Below, piece by piece: positions 1 to 10,300 of a DNA stretch of 64,000 bases (the first letter of the stretch is position 1; each line of letters begins with the position of its first letter). This stretch comes from a virus: positions 1 to 64,000 of the IMG/VR virus record IMGVR_UViG_3300048839_000424; one strand, given 5' to 3'. The position numbers were made by a program, and so were the translations under genes. The notes under the pieces were generated by a model. The model had not been told where the DNA came from. It searched no databases and saw nothing but the letters and a program-made list of their open reading frames with translations.

Positions 1-2
1 TC

Positions 3-2447
3 GCTCCTGGTAGCGTAATTCGAGACACGTTCGTAGACCCCTTCTCTAATGAGGCAAGCCGTCTCCGATTATTGACTGACTTCGTGTACCGTTCACAGTC
101 GTTTGATACGCTTCTGGCGATTGACGGGGTGGAAGCTAACGGAACCTCGACGCCAGTCAACCGATCAGCTTACAAGTCGGCTCTCCAGAGAGTCTTCGAT
201 GTTTCCAACCCACAGGATGTACAGACGATTATTGACACGACTTTCGAGCAGTTGGCTTCGAGAAACAATGTGTTCCGACGACCAGGAGTTCGTTCCCGTG
301 GGGTGGTGACGTTCTTCACTCGGAACAAGCCCACAGCTACCGTGTTTATTCCTCTCGGGACACGAGTCTCCAGCGGTGCCATCACTTTTTCGACAACGGC
401 AGACGCAAGCATGCCTCTGTCGAACATCGCTTCATTTTTCAACCCTACCACGGGGATTTACTCGGTGGACGTTCCAGTCCAGGCGGAGCAGGCGGGTATC
501 ACAGGTAACTTGGCTCCAGGGCAGATTCGAACCATCATCAGTTCTCTCCCCGGTTTGTCCGTGACCAATGCTAGCCGCACCTTCGGGGGCAAGAACCAAG
601 ATACCAACCTACGGCTTACGGAGCGGGCTCGTAGTGCTTTGGCTTCCGTAGACACGGGTACGGAGCAGGGAACTCGTCAAGTCGCAGCGGACGTTGCTGG
701 CGTCGAGGAGGCACTGGTCGTTGAGGGTGGTGATCCACTCATGCAAAGAGACTATGACCCTGACTACGGGAAGCATGTCGGTGGAAAAATCGACGTGTGG
801 GTTCGAGGGCAGTCGATAGGTCGAATCACAGACACCTTTGCTTTCACCTTTGAGACAGCAAACGACGTTCAGTTCGTCCTCGTTGGGAACCCTAACCAAC
901 TCGTGCTTCGTGCGCTCGACAAAAATCTGTCTCCTACCAATCCTCTGGCGGAGATGATCAACCGTCCCGACCTTGGGTTGGGGTTACGTAATGCGAATTC
1001 AGGACAGTTTTTTGACCTGACCGATGTGATCATTCAGGACTATCGAACGATCCAGTTGAGCACGGCATTTCCACAACCGGAGGCTACTTTTGGGAACGTC
1101 ATCCTGGGGGATTATCGTTACCAGACAACCAGTGACTTCCAGTTTACTCGTCAGCCGGTTCAGAACGTCGTATCCGTGGTAGGACAGATATCCGGTGATC
1201 TCCCCGATGAGAACTACGCCCTGTTCCAACCCAGCGATCCTCTGTTAGAGGGTAGGTCCGAGGATGCTGGAGATTTCCTTCGCATCTTCCAGGTTAACGG
1301 GATCCCAACCGGGGACACAATTTCCGTCACGGCGGAGACGCATGTCCCCATCGGGGAATTCGATGAGTTCGTGAGCAATTTGGGAGCGAACCCCTTGACC
1401 GTTCGGGTGTTCAACTCGTCTAGGACCATTGAGTTTCGTGGTCCTAATGACCCAAGTGGGCTTTCCGATTACACGATTATTCCTGGCAGTGCAACAACTG
1501 CTCTTGCGATCCGTAGAACGCCTAACAGTCAGATTCGCTCCGGTGAGACGGTCTCGATTGACTACGAGCATGTCGAGAACTTCACGGTGACCTACGAAAC
1601 GAACTTTGTGGTCACCACAACACAGGCGGCCTTGGATCAGACCAAACACGCAACGGCAGATGTTTTGGTCAAAGAGGCTATTCCAGTGCCCGTAGATGTC
1701 ACAGCGACGGTTATTCTTCAGGCAGGGACTTCGAGGAGCGGTGTAGATTCCCGACTTCGTACCAATCTAGTGACGTTTATCAACTCTCTACGTCAAGGGG
1801 CTTCTATCCGTCAATCGGACATCATCAATGTCATCGAGAACACGGTTGGGGTCAGCTATGTGGAGACTCCTTTGACCAAGCTCTTGCGAGGTGAAGGGGC
1901 TAGAGTGGTTCGAGAGGAAATTACAACGGCAAGCAGTAACGACTCCGTTCTTCTCTTGGGGAACCCTCTCACTCCACTGTCATCGAGCACGGTTCAGGTT
2001 TTCCTGCTTACGGACTCGTTGAATTCGGCAACTCTCAATGGGGGAGGCCCAAACACGGACTTCCGTGGTGTGTACCAGGATGACCAGCCCTTGAACTTGA
2101 AACAGAGCGACCCTTTCAGCTTGGTGAACGCCCCTGGACAAGCCTACATCATTGGAAAGGATGGTTTGTCCATTCCTGGGTACTCGGATAATGACACGAT
2201 TCAGAACCAGTTTCCAACTCTTGTGACGGCTCAAGACATCAACAACAAGAGAGTGGAACTTACAGCGAACAGAGTCATGGTTTCGGTTGGGATAGATGAC
2301 CGACCACAGCTACATGACTATACGGTAACATACACCGTGGCGTTTGTCGAGGCCGGTGTGAAGAATTTAGACGCCAGTGTGATCGAGTATTTCGTCCCTG
2401 GGAACTTCATTTTGACCTATACGGAGGATGCGCGTGGGAATCAGTGA
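3..2447 (+). CDS. Baseplate J-like / wedge protein (5'-partial)
   Basis: Frame is open from nt 3 (APGSVIRDTF...), so the gene starts before the window. Baseplate-J-type motifs: GVVTF, IPLGTRVS, VQAEQAGITGN, VTNASRTFGG..DT..L.ERA, and a C-terminal VPVDVTATV...SDIINVIENTVGV. Confidence 0.8.
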   Translation, partial: APGSVIRDTFVDPFSNEASRLRLLTDFVYRSQSFDTLLAIDGVEANGTSTPVNRSAYKSALQRVFDVSNPQDVQTIIDTTFEQLASRNNVFRRPGVRSRGVVTFFTRNKPTATVFIPLGTRVSSGAITFSTTADASMPLSNIASFFNPTTGIYSVDVPVQAEQAGITGNLAPGQIRTIISSLPGLSVTNASRTFGGKNQDTNLRLTERARSALASVDTGTEQGTRQVAADVAGVEEALVVEGGDPLMQRDYDPDYGKHVGGKIDVWVRGQSIGRITDTFAFTFETANDVQFVLVGNPNQLVLRALDKNLSPTNPLAEMINRPDLGLGLRNANSGQFFDLTDVIIQDYRTIQLSTAFPQPEATFGNVILGDYRYQTTSDFQFTRQPVQNVVSVVGQISGDLPDENYALFQPSDPLLEGRSEDAGDFLRIFQVNGIPTGDTISVTAETHVPIGEFDEFVSNLGANPLTVRVFNSSRTIEFRGPNDPSGLSDYTIIPGSATTALAIRRTPNSQIRSGETVSIDYEHVENFTVTYETNFVVTTTQAALDQTKHATADVLVKEAIPVPVDVTATVILQAGTSRSGVDSRLRTNLVTFINSLRQGASIRQSDIINVIENTVGVSYVETPLTKLLRGEGARVVREEITTASSNDSVLLLGNPLTPLSSSTVQVFLLTDSLNSATLNGGGPNTDFRGVYQDDQPLNLKQSDPFSLVNAPGQAYIIGKDGLSIPGYSDNDTIQNQFPTLVTAQDINNKRVELTANRVMVSVGIDDRPQLHDYTVTYTVAFVEAGVKNLDASVIEYFVPGNFILTYTEDARGNQ

Positions 2448-3843
2448 GAAAGACAAGATCCCGAAGAAGCCGTATCTTCCTGACATGCGGGAGCAAAACC
2501 CCGCACCTGTTCCTTTAGAGGGACAACAGGCGATTCGCTCGCTGAAGGATCTGACCAACAACATCATGAATGCGTTTGTTGAGGTTTTGCCTTCCAACTA
2601 CGTCTCCGAGGTTGCCGGTCCCTTTTATCTCTCCCAGTTTCAAGCGGCAGCGGAATATCTAGCCAAAATGCAGTTACTCTCCCAAGATGTTTCCTTGGAG
2701 AGTGACGTAGACTTTGCTCGACCTGAGTTCCTTTGGCAAATGATTGGTTCCTTGGTGTTCCCGGACACGAGGTCTACTTCCCCCAAGGGAATCCCAGAAA
2801 TCTCTGGAGACTTGACTTACCGTGTGTTCTTGAAGCGAATGATTCAGCTTCTTCTCCAAGGCTCGAAGCTCGACACACAACAGGAGGGATTGAGTCTCCT
2901 TACGGACGCCGTTGTGACCGTTCTGGCGAAGGTAGATTTTTCCAACGACCCCAACTCCGCCTGGGGTTTTGGAGACCAGCACGAATTTGAGATCAATATT
3001 CAGGACCGTGCTTTATGGACGACTGAAGAAGGGGAACTGATTGAAGGCGAACTCGGGACTGGGTTCCCTGAAGATGTATTCACGCTCTTCCGCAATAATC
3101 TTCGGATTCTCCGAGCATTGAAGCCCGCCAAGGCTATTTTCGAGTACCGTCATTTGTTTCAGGAGGTGTTCGGGCCTTTGTTCAATGGATTGGATTCCTA
3201 CGAGCTAGAGTCTTGGTACTACGAGGACTTCCGCAAGTTTTGCCTCGGGTACAAAGAAATCAGTGGTGAGGGGGGTGTAACTCTTTCTAGTCGCTTTCTA
3301 TTTTCCGATGCGAGCCGGGACTTCCAAAAGGTCATCCCTGGTTCCACACTGGAAATACTCACCGGCCCAAACTCCGCTCCCTATAATGGAGGACAGGACA
3401 CATACCGTCGAGGTATGTACCGTGTGGTAGGATTACGCCGACTCCCCGCTGGAGCAGAAACTACTCAACGAAAATACACCACGTTCCCTTCCAATCTTTC
3501 AGGTAAAATCACTATCGGAGAGAATGGGGAACTCACCGATTTGAATCAGGACTTCTCTCTCATTACATCCTCCGATGAGACCTTGACCATCCTCTCCGGC
3601 CCGAACTCCGGGACATATCGGATTGAGAGGCTATTGGGTGAGAATGGTGGGTTGAACAATGGGAGTGTGCCAGCGGGGTCTGGGATTACGAGTATTCGAG
3701 TAGCGCAGTCGATTTTAGAGCTACAGTTTCAGATGCCTTTTGTGGCCACGGGTCAGGAGTATCGAATTACCCTAGAGAGACTAGGAGTGCAAAAACCCAA
3801 ATATGTGTTTGGGGAGGATGCTTCCAGTCAGTTTTTACTATAG
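2428..3843 (+). CDS. Baseplate wedge/tail protein (P2 gpI-like N-terminal region)
   Basis: 471-aa ORF directly after baseplate J; YRVFLKRMIQLLLQGS and ILRALKPAK motifs resemble gpI-type wedge proteins. Confidence 0.55.
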   Translation: MRVGISEKDKIPKKPYLPDMREQNPAPVPLEGQQAIRSLKDLTNNIMNAFVEVLPSNYVSEVAGPFYLSQFQAAAEYLAKMQLLSQDVSLESDVDFARPEFLWQMIGSLVFPDTRSTSPKGIPEISGDLTYRVFLKRMIQLLLQGSKLDTQQEGLSLLTDAVVTVLAKVDFSNDPNSAWGFGDQHEFEINIQDRALWTTEEGELIEGELGTGFPEDVFTLFRNNLRILRALKPAKAIFEYRHLFQEVFGPLFNGLDSYELESWYYEDFRKFCLGYKEISGEGGVTLSSRFLFSDASRDFQKVIPGSTLEILTGPNSAPYNGGQDTYRRGMYRVVGLRRLPAGAETTQRKYTTFPSNLSGKITIGENGELTDLNQDFSLITSSDETLTILSGPNSGTYRIERLLGENGGLNNGSVPAGSGITSIRVAQSILELQFQMPFVATGQEYRITLERLGVQKPKYVFGEDASSQFLL

Positions 3844-3889
3844 AACGCCTATACTTTCGGTAGAGGTAGAACCTACAAGGAATTGACAC

Positions 3890-6800
3890 ATGCCAGCAAT
3901 TATTGAGAGCAGAGTGAATGGAATTAACCCGATCGCCGGGGCAAGTCGTGACGATCTTCGGGCGGGGGATATTATCACTCTAAACGATGTCGGCGGTCCA
4001 GGAACTACATGGTCTTGGTCATTGGTTTTCAAGCCCCAGGATGCGAACCGGAATCCTTCGGCGGCGGCATTGGCTGGTAACGTCCTTGGCCCTGGTCCGG
4101 TTACGTTCTCTGTGGACAATGAAGGTCCGTACTTGATTCGTCTGATCAAGGATGCGGGATTGCCAACGGAGTCCATTCAATACGTTCGACTTCGCTATCT
4201 CACCCTTTTTGGAGATCTATCTCTTGTTGCCGCTGGGGAGCGTCGTGATGGAACAGGTGTCATTCCTGTCGATGTTTCCGCTGAAGGCTGGGCGAATGAC
4301 CAGAACTTCAACCTCATCACTCTGAAGAACTACATCAAGCGGGTGTCAACGAGTGGACGTATTCTGTTCGTAGATGCGAACCGAGGACGTAACAACTACA
4401 ACCCACCCAACGATCCCGCCATCGCGGAGGGGTTTGCTGATTATTCGACGATTAATGCAGCAATCACGGCGGCTACATCCAACGCAGCGGTCAATGCGGG
4501 GCTTGTTCCTTCGGCTACGGACCCTTTCATCATTGCGGTGCGTCCCGGTGTCTACGAGGAAGCGGTCAATTTCGCTCCTTTCGTGCATGTCGTTGGCTGG
4601 CCTACGGAGGTTGAGTCCCTTTCTTCGGTAGGGGACCGTTCCGTTGTAGTTCGGACCCCGAGCGCGGGAGTTCTTACTCATACGGTCAGTAGCGCCAACC
4701 CTTCTGATTTCACCATCATCAAGGGGCTTCAACTAGAGAACATCAAAACAACCACGAACGCCGTTGTGCGAAAAGTGGGCACTGGTGTGGCGGTGTTCGT
4801 GGACACTCGTATTGTCCAGAACAGCAATCAGCCCACTGACGGGCCTTGTTTGTCCGTTGAGAATGGTGTGGTCTACGCGGACAATGCGTACCTGTTGAAC
4901 AACAACACGACCTTCGACCGAGACGCCTTGTGGGTCAACCCTACCCCACCGAACACGGCGAGTGCATTTTTCGCAGAATCTCGCTTCTCGGGTTCGAGTG
5001 TAGCAACCCTGAACCCTAATCTTGCTTCCAATGTCAGCGTTGGGTTCCTTCGTTGCTCATTGAACCAGACGAATGTAAGCCCGTTGTCTCATGGTGTAGA
5101 TTCTAACGCCACGACAACGCTTTTCAGCTACTCGGAGGGATTCCTTGTCAATGGGCAGCCGGACTTCGTGCGCATCAACCCTACAGGGGTAGGCTCGGCA
5201 GCGGGTGGTTTGTTTGCAGGGGTCTATTATTCCCGACTTGGATCGATTACTCCATCGGGAACGAGACAAGGGGTACTTTTCAACACCTCGGGCTTGGTAG
5301 GGGTGGCGAACTTTGAGTCTGGGTCATCGGAATACTCCCAGGTGAGTCTGGTAGGTCCAAACCCTCTCGTGCAGAGAGCGGCAACGAACTCGCGGTCCCT
5401 GTTCTATGACAACACCTTGAGTGGTCTAACCGCTGAAAATGTTCAGGACGCGATTGATGAGATTGCCGGAGCGGTTGTCTCCCCATCGTTGGATGTAGCC
5501 TATGACAATGGCCGGATCATCACGGTGGATGCTGATGCCGTTGAACTTCATGGTCCAGGCCCTATCAACGTAGCACCCCCTCTGAATCCAGCGAATGGTG
5601 ACGGTACGCTTCGAGTATATCAACAAATCGAGGTGGGTGCAATCCCAAGTTCGGAAATTCTTGTTGCTTCCAACAACTTCGGAAATGGCCCCTCGATTGA
5701 GATGGGCAACTTGGTCCGAAATGCGGACTCGAACTTCGGTTCTTCGGTCTATCTTGTTGCGAATGCCACAGGTGCGCCGGATTACTACAACTACAATTTG
5801 AGAATCAATGCTGCGGACTCTGAAGGAAACAACCTTCTGGGCTCGACCAAGATGGGTAGCATTATTCTTCGGTGCGGGACGGCACTTTGCAACTCGGGTG
5901 TCAATGCACCGGATGGTGGAGACCTGTTCATGATTGCTGGCGGGGTGGAGGAAGCCTTGGGTGGAAACCCAGGCAACTTGTGGATCACCCCTGGCGAAAC
6001 CGGACTTGGGGTGACAGGGTTTGTCAACATCGTCAATCCAGCGGCAGCAACTTCAGCAACTCTTCAGGGGGCTAACAACTTCGTAGACCTGGCAGCAACG
6101 CCAGCGGGTACCCTGACTTTTGCGACGACCTCTGGGAAGTCCCAGGTGACCTTCTCGGGTGGCGAGAACATCGCTACGATCATTGCTCTGTTCAACGATG
6201 ACACGGGGATTCAGGCGACATGGGCGGGCTTGGGGAACCCCATTGTTCTGACCTCGACTTCGACCGGACCCGATGCGGAGCTAATCTTCATTGACGACTC
6301 CACGGGTGGTACGATCAATACCTATCTTGGTGATTTTTCTATCACTGGAGGAGCGACGTTCACACCGGGTACGTATCCCGAGTTCGTGTCTTTGTCCTCG
6401 AACGCGAATCAGACGCTTGTGGTTGGTAACGGGGTAAATGACCTTGTATATGACGCCGTGACGGGTAAGCTCACGGTTCCTGGTTTGATTGACCCTACGG
6501 GTATGATTTTCGACTTCTTCCCTGAAGCGAGTGTACCAACAGGGCCAAACAAGGGGGCGATTTTTGTATCCGATGGGTCTGGTGGGGCGACAAACACAGG
6601 AGCGATCTACTTCAAGGACTCGGTTGGTACTCTGTATGACTTGACCCTTGGCGGTGGCGGGGGTGCTCCGGCAACATCTACCTTCTTGACGATTAATACA
6701 GAGGGAGGACTTCCAAACTCTCGTCGTCTTCTTGGTACAACGGGTCAGATTACGCTCACTCCTTCCGGTGGCGATTACATCATTGGGATGGCGGATACGG

Positions 6801-7294
6801 CAGTCACGGCAGCTTCGTATACGCGACCTAACGTGACGATTGATGCCAAGGGCCGTATTACGGCAGCGGCTTCTACGGTGGTTCAGGCGGACATTACACG
6901 TTCGATGGTTGTTCCGACAGCCCCTTTGTCTCCCCCACTTCCATTTGTGGTCAATGAGTACCACATTCAGACCCTTCAAAGCGGTTTCGAGTTGGATGGC
7001 GTCAACAATACCTTCAACATCTTCGTCTCCCAGGCGATGGGATTAGCAGCGGGTCTTGCTCTCGTGGATATTCTCGTAGGCCCTCCGGCTGGTCTATACA
7101 CGAGCATTTTGACGGCTCCTATTGACGTAGGGGTTGTTGCATCGGGGACGCTGATTACGGGAACCGCACCAAACTTTAGTGTCGGTCTTCCATACACAAT
7201 CGCTGCGGGACAGGTGATTTATTATCAGATCACGTATAACGCTATCCCAGCAACAGGGGACGGGTTGGTAGTATCTCTGGTAGGAGAGATTTGA
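3890..7294 (+). CDS. Tail fibre/spike-like virion protein (PKD-like N-terminus, beta-helix-like region, fibre repeats)
   Basis: 1134 aa, G/T/N-rich. WSWSL..GPYLIRL (PKD-like), YSTINAAI..RPGVYEE (start of a pectin-lyase-like beta-helix), AENVQDAIDEI and YTRPNVTIDAKGRITAA tail-fibre motifs; AAGGA upstream. Confidence 0.65.
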   Translation: MPAIIESRVNGINPIAGASRDDLRAGDIITLNDVGGPGTTWSWSLVFKPQDANRNPSAAALAGNVLGPGPVTFSVDNEGPYLIRLIKDAGLPTESIQYVRLRYLTLFGDLSLVAAGERRDGTGVIPVDVSAEGWANDQNFNLITLKNYIKRVSTSGRILFVDANRGRNNYNPPNDPAIAEGFADYSTINAAITAATSNAAVNAGLVPSATDPFIIAVRPGVYEEAVNFAPFVHVVGWPTEVESLSSVGDRSVVVRTPSAGVLTHTVSSANPSDFTIIKGLQLENIKTTTNAVVRKVGTGVAVFVDTRIVQNSNQPTDGPCLSVENGVVYADNAYLLNNNTTFDRDALWVNPTPPNTASAFFAESRFSGSSVATLNPNLASNVSVGFLRCSLNQTNVSPLSHGVDSNATTTLFSYSEGFLVNGQPDFVRINPTGVGSAAGGLFAGVYYSRLGSITPSGTRQGVLFNTSGLVGVANFESGSSEYSQVSLVGPNPLVQRAATNSRSLFYDNTLSGLTAENVQDAIDEIAGAVVSPSLDVAYDNGRIITVDADAVELHGPGPINVAPPLNPANGDGTLRVYQQIEVGAIPSSEILVASNNFGNGPSIEMGNLVRNADSNFGSSVYLVANATGAPDYYNYNLRINAADSEGNNLLGSTKMGSIILRCGTALCNSGVNAPDGGDLFMIAGGVEEALGGNPGNLWITPGETGLGVTGFVNIVNPAAATSATLQGANNFVDLAATPAGTLTFATTSGKSQVTFSGGENIATIIALFNDDTGIQATWAGLGNPIVLTSTSTGPDAELIFIDDSTGGTINTYLGDFSITGGATFTPGTYPEFVSLSSNANQTLVVGNGVNDLVYDAVTGKLTVPGLIDPTGMIFDFFPEASVPTGPNKGAIFVSDGSGGATNTGAIYFKDSVGTLYDLTLGGGGGAPATSTFLTINTEGGLPNSRRLLGTTGQITLTPSGGDYIIGMADTAVTAASYTRPNVTIDAKGRITAAASTVVQADITRSMVVPTAPLSPPLPFVVNEYHIQTLQSGFELDGVNNTFNIFVSQAMGLAAGLALVDILVGPPAGLYTSILTAPIDVGVVASGTLITGTAPNFSVGLPYTIAAGQVIYYQITYNAIPATGDGLVVSLVGEI

Positions 7295-7312
7295 GATTTC
7301 GCGCTGTGAATC

Positions 7313-10300
7313 ATGTCATCTGGATATGGTAACGATCCGTTTGGATTCGGACCCTATGGGTCTGTAGAAGGTGTCATTGTCACACCACCAAACCCCCCTG
7401 GTCTTGGCTATGGGGGTGCGGAGTATGGCTATGGTTCATATGGGTCGATTGCCTTCCCAATGCCTACTCCTCCGATCAGTGGGGGGTACGGGGGATGCCC
7501 ATATGGACTTAGCTCCTACGGATGTATCGGTTCATCCCCACCTCGAATCGTCAATGCCATCTCTCTCAATGGCTTCCAGATCGAGCTTTTCTTCTCCGAG
7601 GAAATGCTCATCGACGCGGACTTGACCAATCCCGGTTCGTACACGTTGAACTCGATTCTTGGTGCTGCGGCAGCTACCGTTCTTTCGGTAGATCTCGGTG
7701 TCATGGGCACCTTTGGCCCTACCAGTGTGATTTTGAATCACACTGGAACTACACTAGGAGGTGTCTACGAGATCGTAGCTGTAGGCCCAAAGGCTGCGGA
7801 TGGTGGAGGAAACGTCGAGTGGGATGCTCCCTTCAACCGAACAACGGTTCTCTGCAAAGGTGAACCTCCTGCATTTACGGTGACCCCTATTTCTGGCACG
7901 GAACTTTTGTACCAGTTCGATCAGGATATGCTCCCCGAATCAGGATTCTCTCCTGGCATCGAGGACTTGAATGCCTATGTCTTTGAGTCTACATACCCGA
8001 TCCCTATCATTCCTCAAGCTGTAACTTTCCCTTACAACTTGAACAATACGCAGGTCAAACTTGATGTCATTGGAATGACCTCCGCTACGTACAACGCAAT
8101 CGTAGGCCCAGCGGAAGCTATCATTTACGATGCAACTTATCTTCCTACTCAAAGCACCGAGTTCCAGGTGCAAGAAATTGGCTCTGGAACAGTAACCGTA
8201 GGAAGTCAAGGACTCCTTGTGAGCAAAAACCTCGGGGACACATATGCCCTTCGTTTTGCGGATTTGTCGGGCAAGATTCTGCCCAACTCGTCTTTCCGTT
8301 GTGACGTGAGTTTCGACGTGTCAGCTTCGGGAACCATATCTCCCGCTCTGGGGGACACGCAGTTTCTCTCTATTCTCGTCTCGGATGGGGCCATTGGAGC
8401 AACCCTGACTCTGTTGAGAATCATGGGGGTAGACTTCATTGAGATCAGTAGCGGTGGGTACTTCGTCTCTACAATGGCCAACTGGTCCTCTGGACCAACC
8501 ACAGTCTCCCTCGTTCGCAATCAGAAGGCAGACACGTACACGGTCGTAGTCAACGGGGAGCCCATCGTGTCGGCCTTGACGGGCTCGTACACGGGGTTCC
8601 CAGGTATCCCCTCTGGTGTACAGGTCACCTTTGACCCGGTTGGTCTGTACCAACTCACTGGATTTCCTTTCCAGGGGATTCGTTTCACGTCTACCCAGAC
8701 GGTGTTCTCTGCGGCTTGGAATTTCCTACATCAATGGGGTTCGAGCTTCGTGGGGAGTTCCGCTCTGACAAAGAACTTCCTTCTCACGCAGAAAGGCCCC
8801 TTGGTGAAAGGTTGGGGGGATGCAACTCCAGCGACGAAAGAGGATGTCAGTGTAAAAATCAACGGTGTGGAGGTTGAGATTGATTCCGTCAACCCATACT
8901 ACGGCAAGATTTTTCTCACCATCCCGATTCCCTTGATGCCTCCTGGGTTTCTTCCAGACATCGACGTGGACTATATTTGGTTCTACAACCCGGTGTTCGT
9001 CATGGAAGGATTGAACACGCTCGGATTGGTGTTCAACAAGTACAACCCGTTACCCCTGTGTCCCTTGGAAAACTCCACAGACGCACCTCCCTATGTTGAG
9101 GGGGGTTTTGAATCCACGGAGTTCTCAAGATTCCCTTACGGACTTGCTCTGAATAGCCTCCCGATTCGCCAGCCGCTATTGCGAAGCCCTCGATTCGTTG
9201 GTTTCCAGAAGTCATATACGGCGGCTCTGAATAGCCCTACGACTCTCCTTCTGAATCGTAACAACGTTCAAGTCGCTTTGCCAGACCAAGAGCGTTCTCC
9301 AGAGGGGGAGACCGTGTTTTACGACGCAACGGAAGATCCTACTTTGTCCACACCGGCTTGGATTCAAGTTGGGGGTGGAGTTGGGCTGGAGGATACAATC
9401 CCTGAAGACAGCATTTTTGCCAATGAGACGTTCCTTCTAGCCAAGGACGAAGCTGGTTCCTTCGGTACCGGAGTTCCCTACTTTTTCTACCGTGATGTGG
9501 ACTTCTCGTTCCCATCCTCATTTGTCTACGTAGTACGATTTCAGGTAACGGATGACATTGTGCTTCAACCGCATGGTGTATTCACCGGAGTTGGTTTCGG
9601 AGTTCACACGAACAACCACCTGTACCTCGTTGGGTGTTTGTTGGTCAATGGAGTGCAGCATGTGGGTATTTTGGTAGACCCTGCTCACCCAGAGGAGCTA
9701 GACTCGTGGAAACTCGCCTATGGCGTTGGGATGACGATTTTGAGCGCCACAGATGTCTTGGTGAAGACTTCCGATCTTCCCGTGTCACTACAGCAACAGA
9801 CCACGGACTGTGACGCTGATACGCAGTTTCAGATCACATTCGGAAGTCAAGCGGGGGTGTTTAAAGTCATTGGCATCCGAAACTTTGCGGATGGAACTAC
9901 GAGACTGACACTTGACCCTTCGACCCCCTTCCCAGGGGACTTCACCGTGTTCGGTGGAAATTATATCACGGGGTATTTCGAGACGCGATGGGACGGGAAT
10001 GGAGAGGACAATAACTCGACGACCTACCGACTGATCGTACAAAATGACATCAAGTTGGTGCCCAAGGGCAAGGCGGAGTTGTTCATTGGAGGTTCTTTGT
10101 CTGGGAAGGGCTTGGTGCTCGAAGGTGCGCCTCCCTTTGCCATCCCTCCTGATGGAATCCTTCAGTACCCCACAGGTGAAGAGGGAGAGGTTTTCTGGGG
10201 GTCTTTGGATCGACAGGCGACGAATGCATCCCGTTGGAATTTCGTGAGGTATGCGCTACAGACGGGCCAAACGACGATCAACTTCCGTGGCATCGTGGCG

